A DNA stretch of 38,635 nucleotides from an uncultured Opitutales bacterium (GTDB taxonomy: Bacteria > Verrucomicrobiota > Verrucomicrobiia > Opitutales > JABDGR01): contig CAZCMU010000001.1 in assembly GCA_964499725.1 (NCBI GenBank), positions 1 through 38,635 on the forward strand, written 5' to 3'. This document shows, in pieces, positions 25,465-35,705 of the stretch. The notes under the pieces were generated by a model. It was not told the DNA's origin. It saw only the letters and a list, made by a program, of their open reading frames with translations, and did not search any database. Made by a program: the position numbers and the translations under genes. Positions within the stretch are counted from its first letter, which is position 1. Each line of letters starts with the position of its first letter.

Positions 25465-28002
25465 TTACTTCTCGGTCATTTCCTCAACCCCGTTCCAGTC
25501 AGCGGGCGGCGGGTGGGCTTTTTTCTCATCGCAGGCTTCCTGCATAAGCTCGGAGGGATTATGGGCCACCCCCGGGTCACGTCCGGGCTGCAGCGGCTCG
25601 AGCTTCTCGGCTTCGGCAAACATGGCCTTCGCCTCGTCCCACTTTTGCGCGAAGTAAAGCTCAAGGGCTTTTTCAAAAAGCTCAATGCAGCGAAAAGTAT
25701 CAGGCGTGGCCTCGGCCCGCAGGCCGGTGATTTCATAGACTTCGACGGGAGTGGTCTTGCCCTTGACGACGATTTTGTTCAGGCGACGGAAAAGAACTTC
25801 CTGGCTGAGGGCCTCGGCGGCTTTTTTCGTGTCTTCCGTGCACATCGAATAAACCCCAAAGTGCTTGGCGCCGCTTTCGCAACGAGCCGCCAAATTCACC
25901 GGGTCGCCCATCATGGTGAAATTAAAACGGTTGGCTGAACCCATGTTGCCGACGATGGCTTCGCCGGTGTTCAGCCCAATCCGCATGCGCATGCGATGCA
26001 CTTTGTCGGGCCACTTGTCACCTTCGCCAATCCATTTCGCGCGCAATTCGCCGAGGCGTTTTTGCATCCGGCAGGCGGTGACGCAGGCGCGAATGGCATG
26101 GTCTTTCAAATCCACCGGCGCGCCATACATCGCGACAATGGCATCGCCGATGTATTTGTCGAGCGAGCCGCCCTCCGCCTGCAGCAGGTCGGCCATGGCG
26201 GTGAGGTATTCGTTCATCAGGTCCGTCAACTTGTTGGGTGGTAACACCTCTGAAAACGAGGAAAAGCCCTGCACGTCGCTAAAGAAAATGGTGATGACGA
26301 CGTTATGGCCGCCCAGTTGTGGTTCCTGGCCGGATTCCACCATGCGGTTGACGACTTCGGGGGCGAGATAGGTGCCAAACATGCCCTTGATGCGCCGCTT
26401 CTGTTTTTCCTCTTCCACCAGTCGCATGATGGTGCCGACGAAGGCTGCGGACAAAGCGGAGCCGACCGGAGCGACGAGCGGGAGCGCGAGGCTGAAATGG
26501 GAAAAAAGCTCAAAGACCGCGAGGATGTAGCTGGCGAGCACCAGCCAAAAAAAGGTTTTAGCCAGCCCGGTGTGTTTATAAATGGCCAGACCACCCACGA
26601 CGAATGTCAGAACAAATAGCAAGATGGTGTTAAGCCAGTAGGGCGGTCGAATGACAAATTTACCGGTAAAAAACGTCTTGATCAGATTGCCGTAAACGCC
26701 GACCTTCGGCACCGGGTCGCCATCAAAAGGCGTAGGCGCCAAATCCTGCAAAATCGGATCCACCGGGCCGACCAGGACAATCGCGTTGTCGAACATTTTA
26801 AAGGCCTCTTCCGCGTCGGCCTTCTGCTTATCCGTGCCGGACTCAATCCAGTTCATGTTCGAAACCACGGACGTCGCACTGATGTGCGGATTGAGCATGC
26901 TGTCCCATCGGGTAAACCAGTTGACTTCGACGAGCTGCTTTTCAGTCAGAGGGATATCGAGCAATTCCTTGCCGTCCTTGCCGACAATGTGCAACTCGTC
27001 GTCGGTGCGGCGGACATTGCTCTCATCGAGTCCGAGGTAGCGCAGCGCCAGGCTGATGGAGATGTTGTAAAAAGTCTTTTTTTGGATTTCCGGCAGGGTG
27101 ATGGTGTCCAGATTTTTCGGGTCGGCCACCACATAGCTGCTATTGACGTGCAACACATCGTCCTTGGTCAGCTTCATGTCGTCCAACATGCCCCAGAGGA
27201 GGTTGATGGAGGCGTCGGAACCTTCTGTATCCGCAAACATGGGAATCCAGCGCGGCACGTTGTCCGGCTTGCCGTGCTTGGGACCGCCGGCGACACTGAA
27301 CTGGGTGTCAACGTCAATCAGTCCGACGCTGCCGTAATCCTGGCTGATGATGGGATAAGACGGGCCTTCCGGATAGGGATTTTTTTTGGGGTCGGTCTTC
27401 CCGTCATAAATGTAGGGAAACTTGGCTTCATTGGCCGCCAAATCGCTCGCCGTCAGTGCCGCCGTGGTTTGGGCGTGGTTTGGATCAAGATCATCCAGGG
27501 TGGTCTTTCGCTCAATATTGCTGAAGACTGCGGCAATCACGGCTTGGGGATAGCTCCGCATGGCATCACCCATCCGGTGGTTTTGGTCGTGGGCTATATC
27601 CTGGGCAACGAGTTTGGACTTCATTCCGGCCGGCGAGAGGACAAAGTCGAGGCCGATGGCCTTCGCATTCCCGTATTTAAGCACCGAATGAACGATGTTG
27701 GCGTAAAACTCCCTCGGCCAGGGCCGTTCGCCCAAAGTGTCCACCGTCAGCGCATCCACATCCACATAAACGACTTTAAGCGGCGGATTGCCGGGCTTGG
27801 TCCGGTCAAAGGCGGGAATCTCGCCCCGAAACAAATAGAGCCAATTCGTCGCTTTGTGGTTATAATCGCTGAGCACGCCAAAATAATCCAACGCCCACCA
27901 GCCCAGCGGAATCAGGGCGAGCAACAAAATCAGGCGAAAAGAAAATTGGCGGGGAGCAGCCAAGGTTGACTTAATTATTAGGGAAAAGGGGCCACGCGCC
28001 AA
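25465..28002 (-). CDS. CHASE2-sensor membrane-bound class III adenylate/guanylate cyclase
   Basis: An N-terminal TM is followed by a roughly 430-aa extracytoplasmic CHASE2-like region and then 3 TMs. The class III cyclase domain carries ITIFFSDVQGFSSF, GDAIVAMYGAP, RIGLNTGEAIVGNMGS and FTMMGDPVNLAARCES. A TPR-like tail follows. The start is TTG and uncertain. Confidence 0.85.
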   Translation of the reverse strand: MARGPFSLIIKSTLAAPRQFSFRLILLLALIPLGWWALDYFGVLSDYNHKATNWLYLFRGEIPAFDRTKPGNPPLKVVYVDVDALTVDTLGERPWPREFYANIVHSVLKYGNAKAIGLDFVLSPAGMKSKLVAQDIAHDQNHRMGDAMRSYPQAVIAAVFSNIERKTTLDDLDPNHAQTTAALTASDLAANEAKFPYIYDGKTDPKKNPYPEGPSYPIISQDYGSVGLIDVDTQFSVAGGPKHGKPDNVPRWIPMFADTEGSDASINLLWGMLDDMKLTKDDVLHVNSSYVVADPKNLDTITLPEIQKKTFYNISISLALRYLGLDESNVRRTDDELHIVGKDGKELLDIPLTEKQLVEVNWFTRWDSMLNPHISATSVVSNMNWIESGTDKQKADAEEAFKMFDNAIVLVGPVDPILQDLAPTPFDGDPVPKVGVYGNLIKTFFTGKFVIRPPYWLNTILLFVLTFVVGGLAIYKHTGLAKTFFWLVLASYILAVFELFSHFSLALPLVAPVGSALSAAFVGTIMRLVEEEKQKRRIKGMFGTYLAPEVVNRMVESGQEPQLGGHNVVITIFFSDVQGFSSFSEVLPPNKLTDLMNEYLTAMADLLQAEGGSLDKYIGDAIVAMYGAPVDLKDHAIRACVTACRMQKRLGELRAKWIGEGDKWPDKVHRMRMRIGLNTGEAIVGNMGSANRFNFTMMGDPVNLAARCESGAKHFGVYSMCTEDTKKAAEALSQEVLFRRLNKIVVKGKTTPVEVYEITGLRAEATPDTFRCIELFEKALELYFAQKWDEAKAMFAEAEKLEPLQPGRDPGVAHNPSELMQEACDEKKAHPPPADWNGVEEMTEK

Positions 28003-28026
28003 CCATTAATCACTACCGCGAATCGC

Positions 28027-30000
28027 CTATGGTCTGTCCTCGTCAGCCGGTTGGCCATCAATGGGCGGCCACGAGGGCGGCGGAACGTACCGAGGAGGCA
28101 CCGTCAGCGCCGGCGGGATGCCTTCGGCCACCGGCAGCCTCGCCGCGAGAAAGGCCGCGGCATAAAACTCCGCCTCGGGATTGCCGGGCGCGAGGGCCAG
28201 GGCATGGCGTAAGTGGTTCCCGGCGTCATTGAAACGGCCATCGAGCCAGCAGGCCAGCCCCCGAACCATCCACGGTTCGGCCGCCAGCGGCGCCAAATCG
28301 GAGGCGCGCAGGGCGTCGTATTCCGCCCGCTGGCTGCACACGGCCGATTGCTCGGGTTCCACCCGGGCGTTTTCCAGCTCGAGCCAGGCGAGGTTGGCGA
28401 GCGCGGGCACGCTGGCGGGATTGGCCAGCAGCACTTCGTGCAAATCGGCTTCCGCCCGCACCAGCAGTTCCTTGTCGGGCTGGCGGTCGGCCTCCACCAA
28501 TAATTGCGTGGCCTCATCCAATTTCTGCTGCGTGCCATCAACCATCGCCACCCGGCGAACAAGCACCACGGCCAAAATCAGTGAAATAAGAACGGCGAGC
28601 ACGGCCCGGGTCATCGCTTCGATCCGCCACGAGCCGCCCCGCTGCGGCACATTGCGCGACAGCACGCCCGCCAGCACCGCAAAAGCAAAAACCACGGCCG
28701 GCACATTGAGCGAACGCGTGGTGAGCATCACCACGGTGAAAGCGGCCAGCCCCAACGAACCCGCTCCCAACAAGACTTTGGCTTCAGGGGTGAACAAATA
28801 CGCTGCCGATGACTCCAAGGACGAATTCGTGGCCGGGGGCGCATCGTCCTCGCTGATGGAAACCAGAAAAGGCAGCTTGGCCCAACTGGCCCACGCTGTA
28901 AGTTGCAATCCACCGAAAATATACGCCGCCAGGGCAACCCCGCCCAATCCCCACACGGCGGCCAGTTCCGTCCAATCGCTAAAACCATAACTCCAACCGC
29001 CCGGCGGGCCCGGGACCCCAGCCGCCCGGGCCATGGCGGCAATGGGCGCACCCTCGCCGCCCAGCCAGGGATTATTGTGCCAGGCGTGCGTGATGACCGC
29101 CCAGGTGGAGCCCAAATCCGGCTCCGCAACGTTAAGAATATCCAAACTTCGCGACCAGGGAACCTCACTGGTGACGAGGCGGAATTCCAGCATGCCCAAT
29201 ATAAGGAACAGCCCAGCCAGCCAGCCCACGATGCGCATTTTCCAGGTGGGGCCGACCACCAGCGGGAAAACCATAACCACGAAGGCCACCCCCATCCAGG
29301 CTCCGAGCGCATTCGAAAGAACTGCGGCAAACAACATCGCCAGACCGCCGCTGCCGCATAAAATCCGCCACAAGGCTGGCAAGTGGCGCGAACAGGCCAT
29401 GACCAGCAAGGGAGAACCCGCGAGCAACATGAGTGCGCCAAACGCACCGGGTAGCGGCAAAGTGCCACTCCAACGACCCATCCACTCTTCCGGCAGTCGG
29501 CGGCCGGCTGGCAGCCACATGCCATCCACGCTGGCCTGCCAGCCTATTGCGGCCAGCAAGGCTACCCCTGCGGCCACTGCGACAATCAACAGCCACGCCC
29601 AGGACAGGGCGCGACTACCCGGCGTCGCCGCGACCACCCAGGACAATAGCCAGCCTTCGGCGGCCAGAATAAATGATTCACGAGACAGCCAGGGAGCGGT
29701 TTTATCCTGCCACCAGGCGCATCCCAGCCAAATCACGAGCAGCAGGCCTAACACCGACCACTTGGGCACCCGCAGCAAGTCGTCCGCATAACGCGCCCGC
29801 CAGGCGAGGCTGACGCCATGCACGACCAACAAACCGGCCAGCATCCAGGCCGTCCAGACCCGGGCGGAAGCCGGCACCCCGCCCAGTTCCACCACGTTGC
29901 CGATAACCACGGCGCCCCCGAGCATTACGGTCAGCCAACTCGCCTCCGGAGTTTGCTCCTCGGACGAATCTGCGTCCTGGCCATAGAGGGGTTTGGTCAC
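28027..30000 (-). CDS. Polytopic O-antigen-ligase-like (Wzy_C-like) membrane protein with C-terminal TPR-like domain
   Basis: It has at least 10 predicted TM helices and an AWHNNPWLGGEGA block resembling the post-Wzy_C NPxxGxGxG motif. The C-terminal helical repeats are TPR-like (ANLAWLELENARVE..., GLACWLDGRFNDAGNHLRHALALAPGNPEAEFY). The track start at 30219 overlaps glnA, so I prefer GTG 30000 (VTKPLYG...) or a later start. The start is uncertain. Confidence 0.55.
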   Translation of the reverse strand: MTKPLYGQDADSSEEQTPEASWLTVMLGGAVVIGNVVELGGVPASARVWTAWMLAGLLVVHGVSLAWRARYADDLLRVPKWSVLGLLLVIWLGCAWWQDKTAPWLSRESFILAAEGWLLSWVVAATPGSRALSWAWLLIVAVAAGVALLAAIGWQASVDGMWLPAGRRLPEEWMGRWSGTLPLPGAFGALMLLAGSPLLVMACSRHLPALWRILCGSGGLAMLFAAVLSNALGAWMGVAFVVMVFPLVVGPTWKMRIVGWLAGLFLILGMLEFRLVTSEVPWSRSLDILNVAEPDLGSTWAVITHAWHNNPWLGGEGAPIAAMARAAGVPGPPGGWSYGFSDWTELAAVWGLGGVALAAYIFGGLQLTAWASWAKLPFLVSISEDDAPPATNSSLESSAAYLFTPEAKVLLGAGSLGLAAFTVVMLTTRSLNVPAVVFAFAVLAGVLSRNVPQRGGSWRIEAMTRAVLAVLISLILAVVLVRRVAMVDGTQQKLDEATQLLVEADRQPDKELLVRAEADLHEVLLANPASVPALANLAWLELENARVEPEQSAVCSQRAEYDALRASDLAPLAAEPWMVRGLACWLDGRFNDAGNHLRHALALAPGNPEAEFYAAAFLAARLPVAEGIPPALTVPPRYVPPPSWPPIDGQPADEDRP

Positions 30001-30029
30001 CTTTGATCGTTTCCTTGAATTCGGGCCGT

Positions 30030-30046
30030 CGGCATTGGTTATGCTG
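30030..30046 (+). promoter_or_regulatory. Sigma-54 (-24/-12)-like element upstream of glnA: cGGCAT-N5-aTGCt
   Basis: GG at 30031-30032 and GC at 30043-30044 have exactly the canonical GG-N10-GC spacing (GGCATtggttATGC). The element lies about 100 nt upstream of the glnA ATG. glnA is a classical sigma-54/NtrC target in many bacteria. Confidence 0.3.
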
Positions 30047-30145
30047 CAAAACTTTCCGGAAGTTACAATTTGATTGTATCGCGGTTGACACGCGCTGTAC
30101 AGCCGAGCATACCCAATTACCGCCCACTTTGAACCCAAAACTCCC

Positions 30146-31555
30146 ATGACCCCCAAAGAAGTTCTGGCCCTGGCGAAAGCCAAAGACATCAAAATCGTTG
30201 ATCTCAAGTTCTGCGACATTCACGGCACCTGGCAACACTTTGCCATCCCGACGAATGAGCTGACCGAAGGCATCTTTACGGATGGTTTGGGTTTCGACGG
30301 CTCGTCCATCCGCGGTTGGAAAGGCATTGAAGCCTCCGACATGCTGGTGCTGCCCGATCCGGGCACGGCGTTTGTGGACCCGTTCGCCAAATACGCGACG
30401 ATGAGCCTGATTTGTGACGTGGAAGACCCACTGACCCGGGAGCCGTATGACCGCTCGCCCCGCGGCATCGCCAAAAAGGCCGAGGCGTACTTGAAAACCA
30501 CCGATTACGGCGACACTTGCTACTGCGGGCCGGAGGCGGAGTTTTTTATTTTTGACGACGTGCGCTTTAACAGCGCCAGCAACGGCACGTCCTATTCGGT
30601 GGATTCCAACGAGGGCATTTGGAACACGGGCAAGGAAGAGTTTCCCTCGCTCGGCTACAAAATTCGCCACAAGGAAGGCTACCTGCCCGTGCCGCCGAAT
30701 GACAAGCTGGTGGACCTGCGCAATGAGATGATTCTCACCATGATGGAGTTGGGCATTGAAATTGAGCGTGAGCACCACGAAGTCGCCACCGGCGGTCAGG
30801 CGGAAATAGACATCCGCTACACCTCGCTGCTCAAATGCGCGGACAAAATGTGCCTTTATAAATACGTCGTGAAAAACGTCGCGTACAAACACGGCAAGAC
30901 CGCGACGTTTATGCCCAAGCCGCTCTTTGGCGACAACGGCTCCGGCATGCACACGCATATCTCGCTTTGGAAAGGCGGCAAGCCGACCTTCCACGGTGAC
31001 GGCTATGCCGGACTGTCCAAGAACGCGCTCTATTTTATCGGCGGCTTGTTAAAACACTGCCCCGCCCTTTGCGCGATTACCAATCCCACGAATAATTCGT
31101 ACAAGCGTCTGGTCCCCGGTTTTGAAGCGCCGGTAAATCTGGCCTACTCGGCGCGCAACCGCTCGGCCATTTGCCGCATCCCGACCTACAGCCCCAATCC
31201 GAAAGCCAAGCGTGTGGAGTTCCGCTGCCCCGACCCGGCGGCGAATCCGTACCTCGCCTTTTCCGCCATCATGATGGCGGGCCTCGATGGCATTAAAAAC
31301 AAAATGGATCCCGGCGCGCCGATGGACAAAAACCTCTATGATTTGGAGCCGGAGGAAGCCGCGCTCATCAAGACCGTGCCGGAATCGCTTAAAGGCGCGC
31401 TGGAAGCCCTCGAAGCCGACCACGCCTTCCTGCTCAAGGGCAACGTCTTCACCAAGGACTTTTTGGACAACTATATGTCCTTAAAGAAAGCCGAATACGA
31501 CGCCGTGCGCCTCCGCCCCCACCCGCATGAATTCTTTTTGTATTACGATGTTTAG
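30146..31555 (+). CDS. glnA: Glutamine synthetase type I
   Basis: This 469-aa ORF has [66 protein letters not shown] and an adenylylation-site-like [10 protein letters not shown]. Confidence 0.95.
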   Translation: MTPKEVLALAKAKDIKIVDLKFCDIHGTWQHFAIPTNELTEGIFTDGLGFDGSSIRGWKGIEASDMLVLPDPGTAFVDPFAKYATMSLICDVEDPLTREPYDRSPRGIAKKAEAYLKTTDYGDTCYCGPEAEFFIFDDVRFNSASNGTSYSVDSNEGIWNTGKEEFPSLGYKIRHKEGYLPVPPNDKLVDLRNEMILTMMELGIEIEREHHEVATGGQAEIDIRYTSLLKCADKMCLYKYVVKNVAYKHGKTATFMPKPLFGDNGSGMHTHISLWKGGKPTFHGDGYAGLSKNALYFIGGLLKHCPALCAITNPTNNSYKRLVPGFEAPVNLAYSARNRSAICRIPTYSPNPKAKRVEFRCPDPAANPYLAFSAIMMAGLDGIKNKMDPGAPMDKNLYDLEPEEAALIKTVPESLKGALEALEADHAFLLKGNVFTKDFLDNYMSLKKAEYDAVRLRPHPHEFFLYYDV

Positions 31556-31573
31556 AATTCAGTCCTGAAACGT

Positions 31574-31600
31574 GGGCAACCTGGGCTTGCCCCTTGTTCC
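31574..31600 (+). terminator. Possible intrinsic terminator after glnA
   Basis: The hairpin is GGGCAA-cctgggc-TTGCCC (31574-31592), followed by the moderately T-rich cttgttcc. A second small hairpin, CCCCT...AGGGG, overlaps it. It starts 18 nt after the glnA stop. Confidence 0.3.
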
Positions 31601-31759
31601 CTAGGGGCCGGGAGCGGTCAGGTTTCAAGTTTGTCGTTAACGTCGCCCATGCCAGTGCGCCTGGCGCGAAAAGAAGATTTGACCACCCTCAAATCGGCGC
31701 GAAACCGGGTAAATAATGCGCCATTGCCAAGCGTGAATTCCCGACTCAAATTCCAACCC

Positions 31760-32998
31760 ATGATGCGTCTCTGGCCTCTGTTAATTTTGCAAGTGGCCGT
31801 TATTATCATTGTCGCCAAAATATTTGGCCAGTTCCTTCGAGCCGTGGGCCAGCCGGCGGTCATGGGTGAAATACTGGCTGGCCTTGGCCTGGGCCCCTCG
31901 CTGCTCGGATGGTGTTTGCCCAAGACCGAGGCGTTTCTTTTCCCTAATGACTCCCTGGGCGCTTTAAGTTGGCTCGGCCAAATTGGCGTCGTTCTTTTTA
32001 TGTTCGAGGTGGGCCTGGATTTGGACTGGCCCGGACTTCGTCAAAAAACTTCCCCGGCGACGCTGATCTGCCTCGTCAGTATTTTACTTTCATTCTCTCT
32101 CGGTGTGGCCGGGGCCTGGTACCTTTATCCGGTATTTGTGCCGGCAGAAATTTCTACGACAGTTTTTGCCCTGTTCATGGGCACGGCGATGAGCATCACC
32201 GCCTTTCCGGTGCTCGCCCGCATTATCAAGGAATGTCGCCTGGCTGATACCGAATTGGGCACGACTGCCCTGATCTGCGCGGCGATGGGCGACCTGGTGG
32301 CTTGGTGCCTGCTGGCCGTCACTATCGCCGTCGCCCATAATGCCGGCCCGGATAAAGCCGGGCTGACGATTGTTCTGGCGCTCATTTATTTGGTGGTGAT
32401 GCTGAAGCTGATCAAGCCCTGGCTCGAACGAATTGTTCCTGCCACCGTGCCATCCGCTCGGCACGAGGCCGGATTATTAATCGGCACGCTGGCCTTTGTT
32501 TTTCTTTCGGCGGAAGTAACCACCGTGATCGGCATTCATGCCCTGTTCGGAGCGTTTTTAGCCGGCCTGGTCATGCCGCAGAAGGGAAGTTGTCGTGACT
32601 GGATTCGAGGCAAAATTCAAAAACCGGTCGCCCTGTTTTTGGCCCCGGTTTTTTTCGCCTACACCGGCCTGCGCACACATATCAACCAGTTGGACAATTG
32701 GGCAAGCTGGATGGCCTGTGGCGGTCTGGTCGCTGTTGCCACCCTGGGAAAATTTGGCGGCAGCGCCTTGGCCGCCAGGTGGACCGGGATGAAGTGGCGG
32801 GCGGCTCTAGGCCTGGGCGCGCTCATGAACACGCGCGGGTTAATGGAACTGATTGTGCTCAACATCGGCTTCGATTTGGGAATCATCCCCGCGCAAATTT
32901 TCACCATGATGGTTCTCGTGGCCATCGTGACGACCTTGATGACCGGCCCGGTTCTTTTTCTGCTTGGTTTTTCAAAACAGCAGCATGGGCCAGCCTAA
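31760..32998 (+). CDS. Cation:proton antiporter, CPA2 (Kef/Na+-H+ exchanger) family
   Basis: It has the typical N-terminus LLILQVAVIIIVAKIFGQFLRAVGQPAVMGEILAGLGLGPSLLG and about 12 TM helices. I prefer the in-frame ATG at 31760 to the track start at 31631. Confidence 0.85.
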   Translation: MMRLWPLLILQVAVIIIVAKIFGQFLRAVGQPAVMGEILAGLGLGPSLLGWCLPKTEAFLFPNDSLGALSWLGQIGVVLFMFEVGLDLDWPGLRQKTSPATLICLVSILLSFSLGVAGAWYLYPVFVPAEISTTVFALFMGTAMSITAFPVLARIIKECRLADTELGTTALICAAMGDLVAWCLLAVTIAVAHNAGPDKAGLTIVLALIYLVVMLKLIKPWLERIVPATVPSARHEAGLLIGTLAFVFLSAEVTTVIGIHALFGAFLAGLVMPQKGSCRDWIRGKIQKPVALFLAPVFFAYTGLRTHINQLDNWASWMACGGLVAVATLGKFGGSALAARWTGMKWRAALGLGALMNTRGLMELIVLNIGFDLGIIPAQIFTMMVLVAIVTTLMTGPVLFLLGFSKQQHGPA

Positions 32999-33007
32999 CC
33001 AGTATCC

Positions 33008-34744
33008 CTACTTTTCGCCCGCCGGCGAGTAAAGCAACGCCCGCGACCGTTGCAGGGCGTCGTCCACCGTTTTGGTCAAGTTATCGCGGCCCAATTCGTC
33101 GAGGAAACCGCTCTGGGTGATGGCTTCCAGCGGCTGGCGGCTGACTTTGCACAGGACGAGGTGCTTTTTATGCTTCCGCAATCGCTCTTGCAGGCTTTCG
33201 AGGGCATTCAGGCCGGTGGCGTCAATGGAGAAGACGTCCTCGCACAAGAGCACCATGACCCGCAAATTGGCGCCGGCCCGGCGAAAAGAAGTTTCCAAAA
33301 TATCCGCGGTGCCAAAGAAAAACGCGCCCTGCACCCGGAAAAGGAAAACTCCGTCTGGCCAGGATTCGTCGGCCCAGATGGGCCGGCCGCCGCTCGGCGG
33401 GTGCGCATCGTCGAGCGCGGTGATTTCCGTGGCTTCGGAGACGCGCTTCACGAACAGCAGCGCGGCCAGCACGATGCCCCAACGGACGGCGGTGGACAAA
33501 TCTATCAGCACCGTCAGTCCAAAGACGGTGAGAAACACCAGCGCGTCGCTACGGGGGATGCGGCGCAGGCGCGCGAATTCGTGCCACTCGCCCATCTTGA
33601 ACGATACAACCAAGAGAATGCCCGCCAGCGCGCACATGGGGATGGCGTTGGCCAGCGACCCGGCCGCCAGCAGGATGATTAGCAAAGTTAGTGAATGGAT
33701 GATGCCCGCCACGGGCGTGACCGCACCGAAACGAATGTTGGTGCCCGTGCGGGCAATGGCACCGGTGGCGGCGATGCCGCCGAACATCGGTGAGACGATA
33801 TTGGCGATGCCTTGCGCGAGCAGTTCCTGGTTCGAGTCGTGCCGGTCATTGGTCAGGCCATCGGCGACGACCGCGGAGAGGAGCGATTCAATCGCGCCGA
33901 GCATGGCGATGGTCATGGCGGAATTAAAGAGCACGGGAATTTCGCGCAGGCGCAATTCCGGCAGGTGGAAGGAGGGAAAGCCGAGGCCCTGGGGAATCGG
34001 GAAGGTGCCGCCAATGGTCGAAACGTGCAAGTGGCCATACTTGACGATGAGGCTGGCGATAATCAGCGCCACCATGGAACCCGGCAACAACCGCTGCCAC
34101 CGCGCGGGCCAGTAAATGACAATCAGCACCACCAGCAAGCCAATGAGTAGCGCGGGAAGATTGGTTTGGCCAAGATTGTCCAAATACTGCATCACCTTCG
34201 ACATGAAATCCGCGTCCAGGTGATCAATCGGCAAATCTAAAAAGTCTTTGATTTCCCCGGCAAAGATGATGACCGCGATGCCGCTCGTGAAGCCCATCGT
34301 CACCGGGTAGGGGATGTATTGGATAATCTTGCCCAGGCCGGCCATCCCCATCAGCACGAGCATGATGCCCGCCATGAAGGTGCACAGGAGCAGGTTATTC
34401 GGGCCGGCCGTGGCGACAATGGCCGCCAGAATCGGTACAAACGCGCCGGTCGGCCCGCCGATTTGGTAGCGCGAGCCGCCGAGTGCGGAAATCAAAAAGC
34501 CCGCGACAATCGCGGTGACCAATCCCGACCGCGGATCCATGCCGCTGGCGATGGCAAAAGCCATGGCCAGGGGAATCGCCACAATGCCGACGGTCACACC
34601 CGCGCTGAGGTCGGCCAGGAATTTTTTACCGGAATAGTCCTTCAACGCGTCCACGATGCACGGCCGAAAACGCAGAGGAATTTTCAAGAGCGAGGACACG
34701 GCAAAAGTGGCGAAAAGTAAAAAAACGAAAAACTGGCGGCTCAT
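33008..34744 (-). CDS. SulP-family anion permease with C-terminal STAS domain
   Basis: It has DLSAGVTVGIVAIPLAMAFAIASG, GGPTGAF and SNQELLAQGIANIVSPMFGGIAATGAIARTGTN. The C-terminal STAS-like region carries VFLFRVQGAFFFGTA...IDATGLNAL. Confidence 0.9.
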   Translation of the reverse strand: MSRQFFVFLLFATFAVSSLLKIPLRFRPCIVDALKDYSGKKFLADLSAGVTVGIVAIPLAMAFAIASGMDPRSGLVTAIVAGFLISALGGSRYQIGGPTGAFVPILAAIVATAGPNNLLLCTFMAGIMLVLMGMAGLGKIIQYIPYPVTMGFTSGIAVIIFAGEIKDFLDLPIDHLDADFMSKVMQYLDNLGQTNLPALLIGLLVVLIVIYWPARWQRLLPGSMVALIIASLIVKYGHLHVSTIGGTFPIPQGLGFPSFHLPELRLREIPVLFNSAMTIAMLGAIESLLSAVVADGLTNDRHDSNQELLAQGIANIVSPMFGGIAATGAIARTGTNIRFGAVTPVAGIIHSLTLLIILLAAGSLANAIPMCALAGILLVVSFKMGEWHEFARLRRIPRSDALVFLTVFGLTVLIDLSTAVRWGIVLAALLFVKRVSEATEITALDDAHPPSGGRPIWADESWPDGVFLFRVQGAFFFGTADILETSFRRAGANLRVMVLLCEDVFSIDATGLNALESLQERLRKHKKHLVLCKVSRQPLEAITQSGFLDELGRDNLTKTVDDALQRSRALLYSPAGEK

Positions 34745-34886
34745 TTAAGCATTTCCACCACCCCGCCTCAACAGGAAATATGGGCTGGCACGCGCGCCGC
34801 CGGCCCATGCCAGAATGAGGCGAAAACTGGAGTGCCGCGACACGTCACCCTTCCCCATGACCCAACACGGTGACTCAGACCGCAGC

Positions 34887-35426
34887 CTACTTGGCGGGCG
34901 CGAGCGGAGCCGCCCCGTTAATGCCAGCGGTGCCGGAGGGCGCGGAAGCAGCCGCCTGGGCCCGGTATTTGTCGTCTATTTTTTTCAACCGCGCCGTCCA
35001 GAGGGCCTGTTTGCCGACGGCAAACTGTTGACCGATGACCATGGCCTGCCGCGTGACCAGAGGCAACTGGGCCAGCGTTTTTTGTCCAAGCGGTGTTTGA
35101 TAAAAAGCGATCAGTTGATTCAACTCATCCTCAGAAAACGAATGAACGAACACATCCTCCAGTTTAGACTTCAAGTCATCCCAATTAAGCTCCTGGTCGA
35201 ACCAATCCATGGTGGCTTGTTTCATATCGGCCAGTTCTGCGGGGGGAACCCCTCCGCCCGGGGCACCGGTCACGAGGGCGTCCACCGAGCTGACAAAGGC
35301 GTTGCGCATGCTTTCCCGGGTTTTGACCACATCAATCAACTTGCCGGCGGCGGCATGCTGGGACGCGTCGTCCGCCGTGGCCAGGGCCGGGATGAGGAAA
35401 ATGAACAAAAGAGCAAAGTGGCGCAT
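34887..35426 (-). CDS. Secreted DUF2059-domain protein
   Basis: The signal peptide MRHFALLFIFLIPALATA follows the in-frame ATG at 35426. The DUF2059-like core is FSEDELNQLIAFYQTPLGQK. The track start at 35534 adds 36 unlikely residues. Confidence 0.7.
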   Translation of the reverse strand: MRHFALLFIFLIPALATADDASQHAAAGKLIDVVKTRESMRNAFVSSVDALVTGAPGGGVPPAELADMKQATMDWFDQELNWDDLKSKLEDVFVHSFSEDELNQLIAFYQTPLGQKTLAQLPLVTRQAMVIGQQFAVGKQALWTARLKKIDDKYRAQAAASAPSGTAGINGAAPLAPAK

Positions 35427-35516
35427 GACTATGAGGGAGGTAAGGGGTAAGGGGAAAAGCAAGCTTGCCACATAATTTCCGCCCGGCAAGCCATTTGCAA
35501 CCCAGGGGCTGGGTTG

Positions 35517-35705
35517 AAAAAAAAGACCTTCCACTCGTGCCGTAAGTAGTGCTCTGAACCTCTGGCGTTTAAGTGGGTGCTCTCCTGGCGGTTTTTGCCT
35601 TCCGGTTTACGGCTTGGCAGCCACCGCCTGGTGGCGAGCTCCCGGATTTGTATGAATATCAGGGTGGGAGCGCTAGCGAGGTCTCGGACACAGCAGAAGG
35701 TCTGA
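35517..35705 (-). ncRNA. Candidate structured small RNA of unknown class (about 185 nt)
   Basis: It lies in a 425-bp lower-GC intergenic region. An 8-bp long-range helix, AGACCTTC (35524-35531) with GAAGGTCT (35696-35703), encloses three adjacent hairpins at 35596-35619, 35620-35635 and 35638-35671. Read on the minus strand, a TATAGT -10-like box (35717-35712) lies about 8 nt upstream of the 5' arm, and a run of 7-8 U (35523-35517) directly follows the 3' arm. I recognised no match to tmRNA, RNase P, SRP or riboswitch signatures. Confidence 0.3.

Noticed and set aside
35498-35524. Hairpin CAACCCAG-ggg-CTGGGTTG followed by A8, considered as an intrinsic terminator.
   Set aside because: On the + strand the hairpin is followed by A residues, not U. 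On the minus strand the U-run precedes the hairpin. It therefore fits neither orientation as a canonical terminator. I mention it only as part of the structured region.
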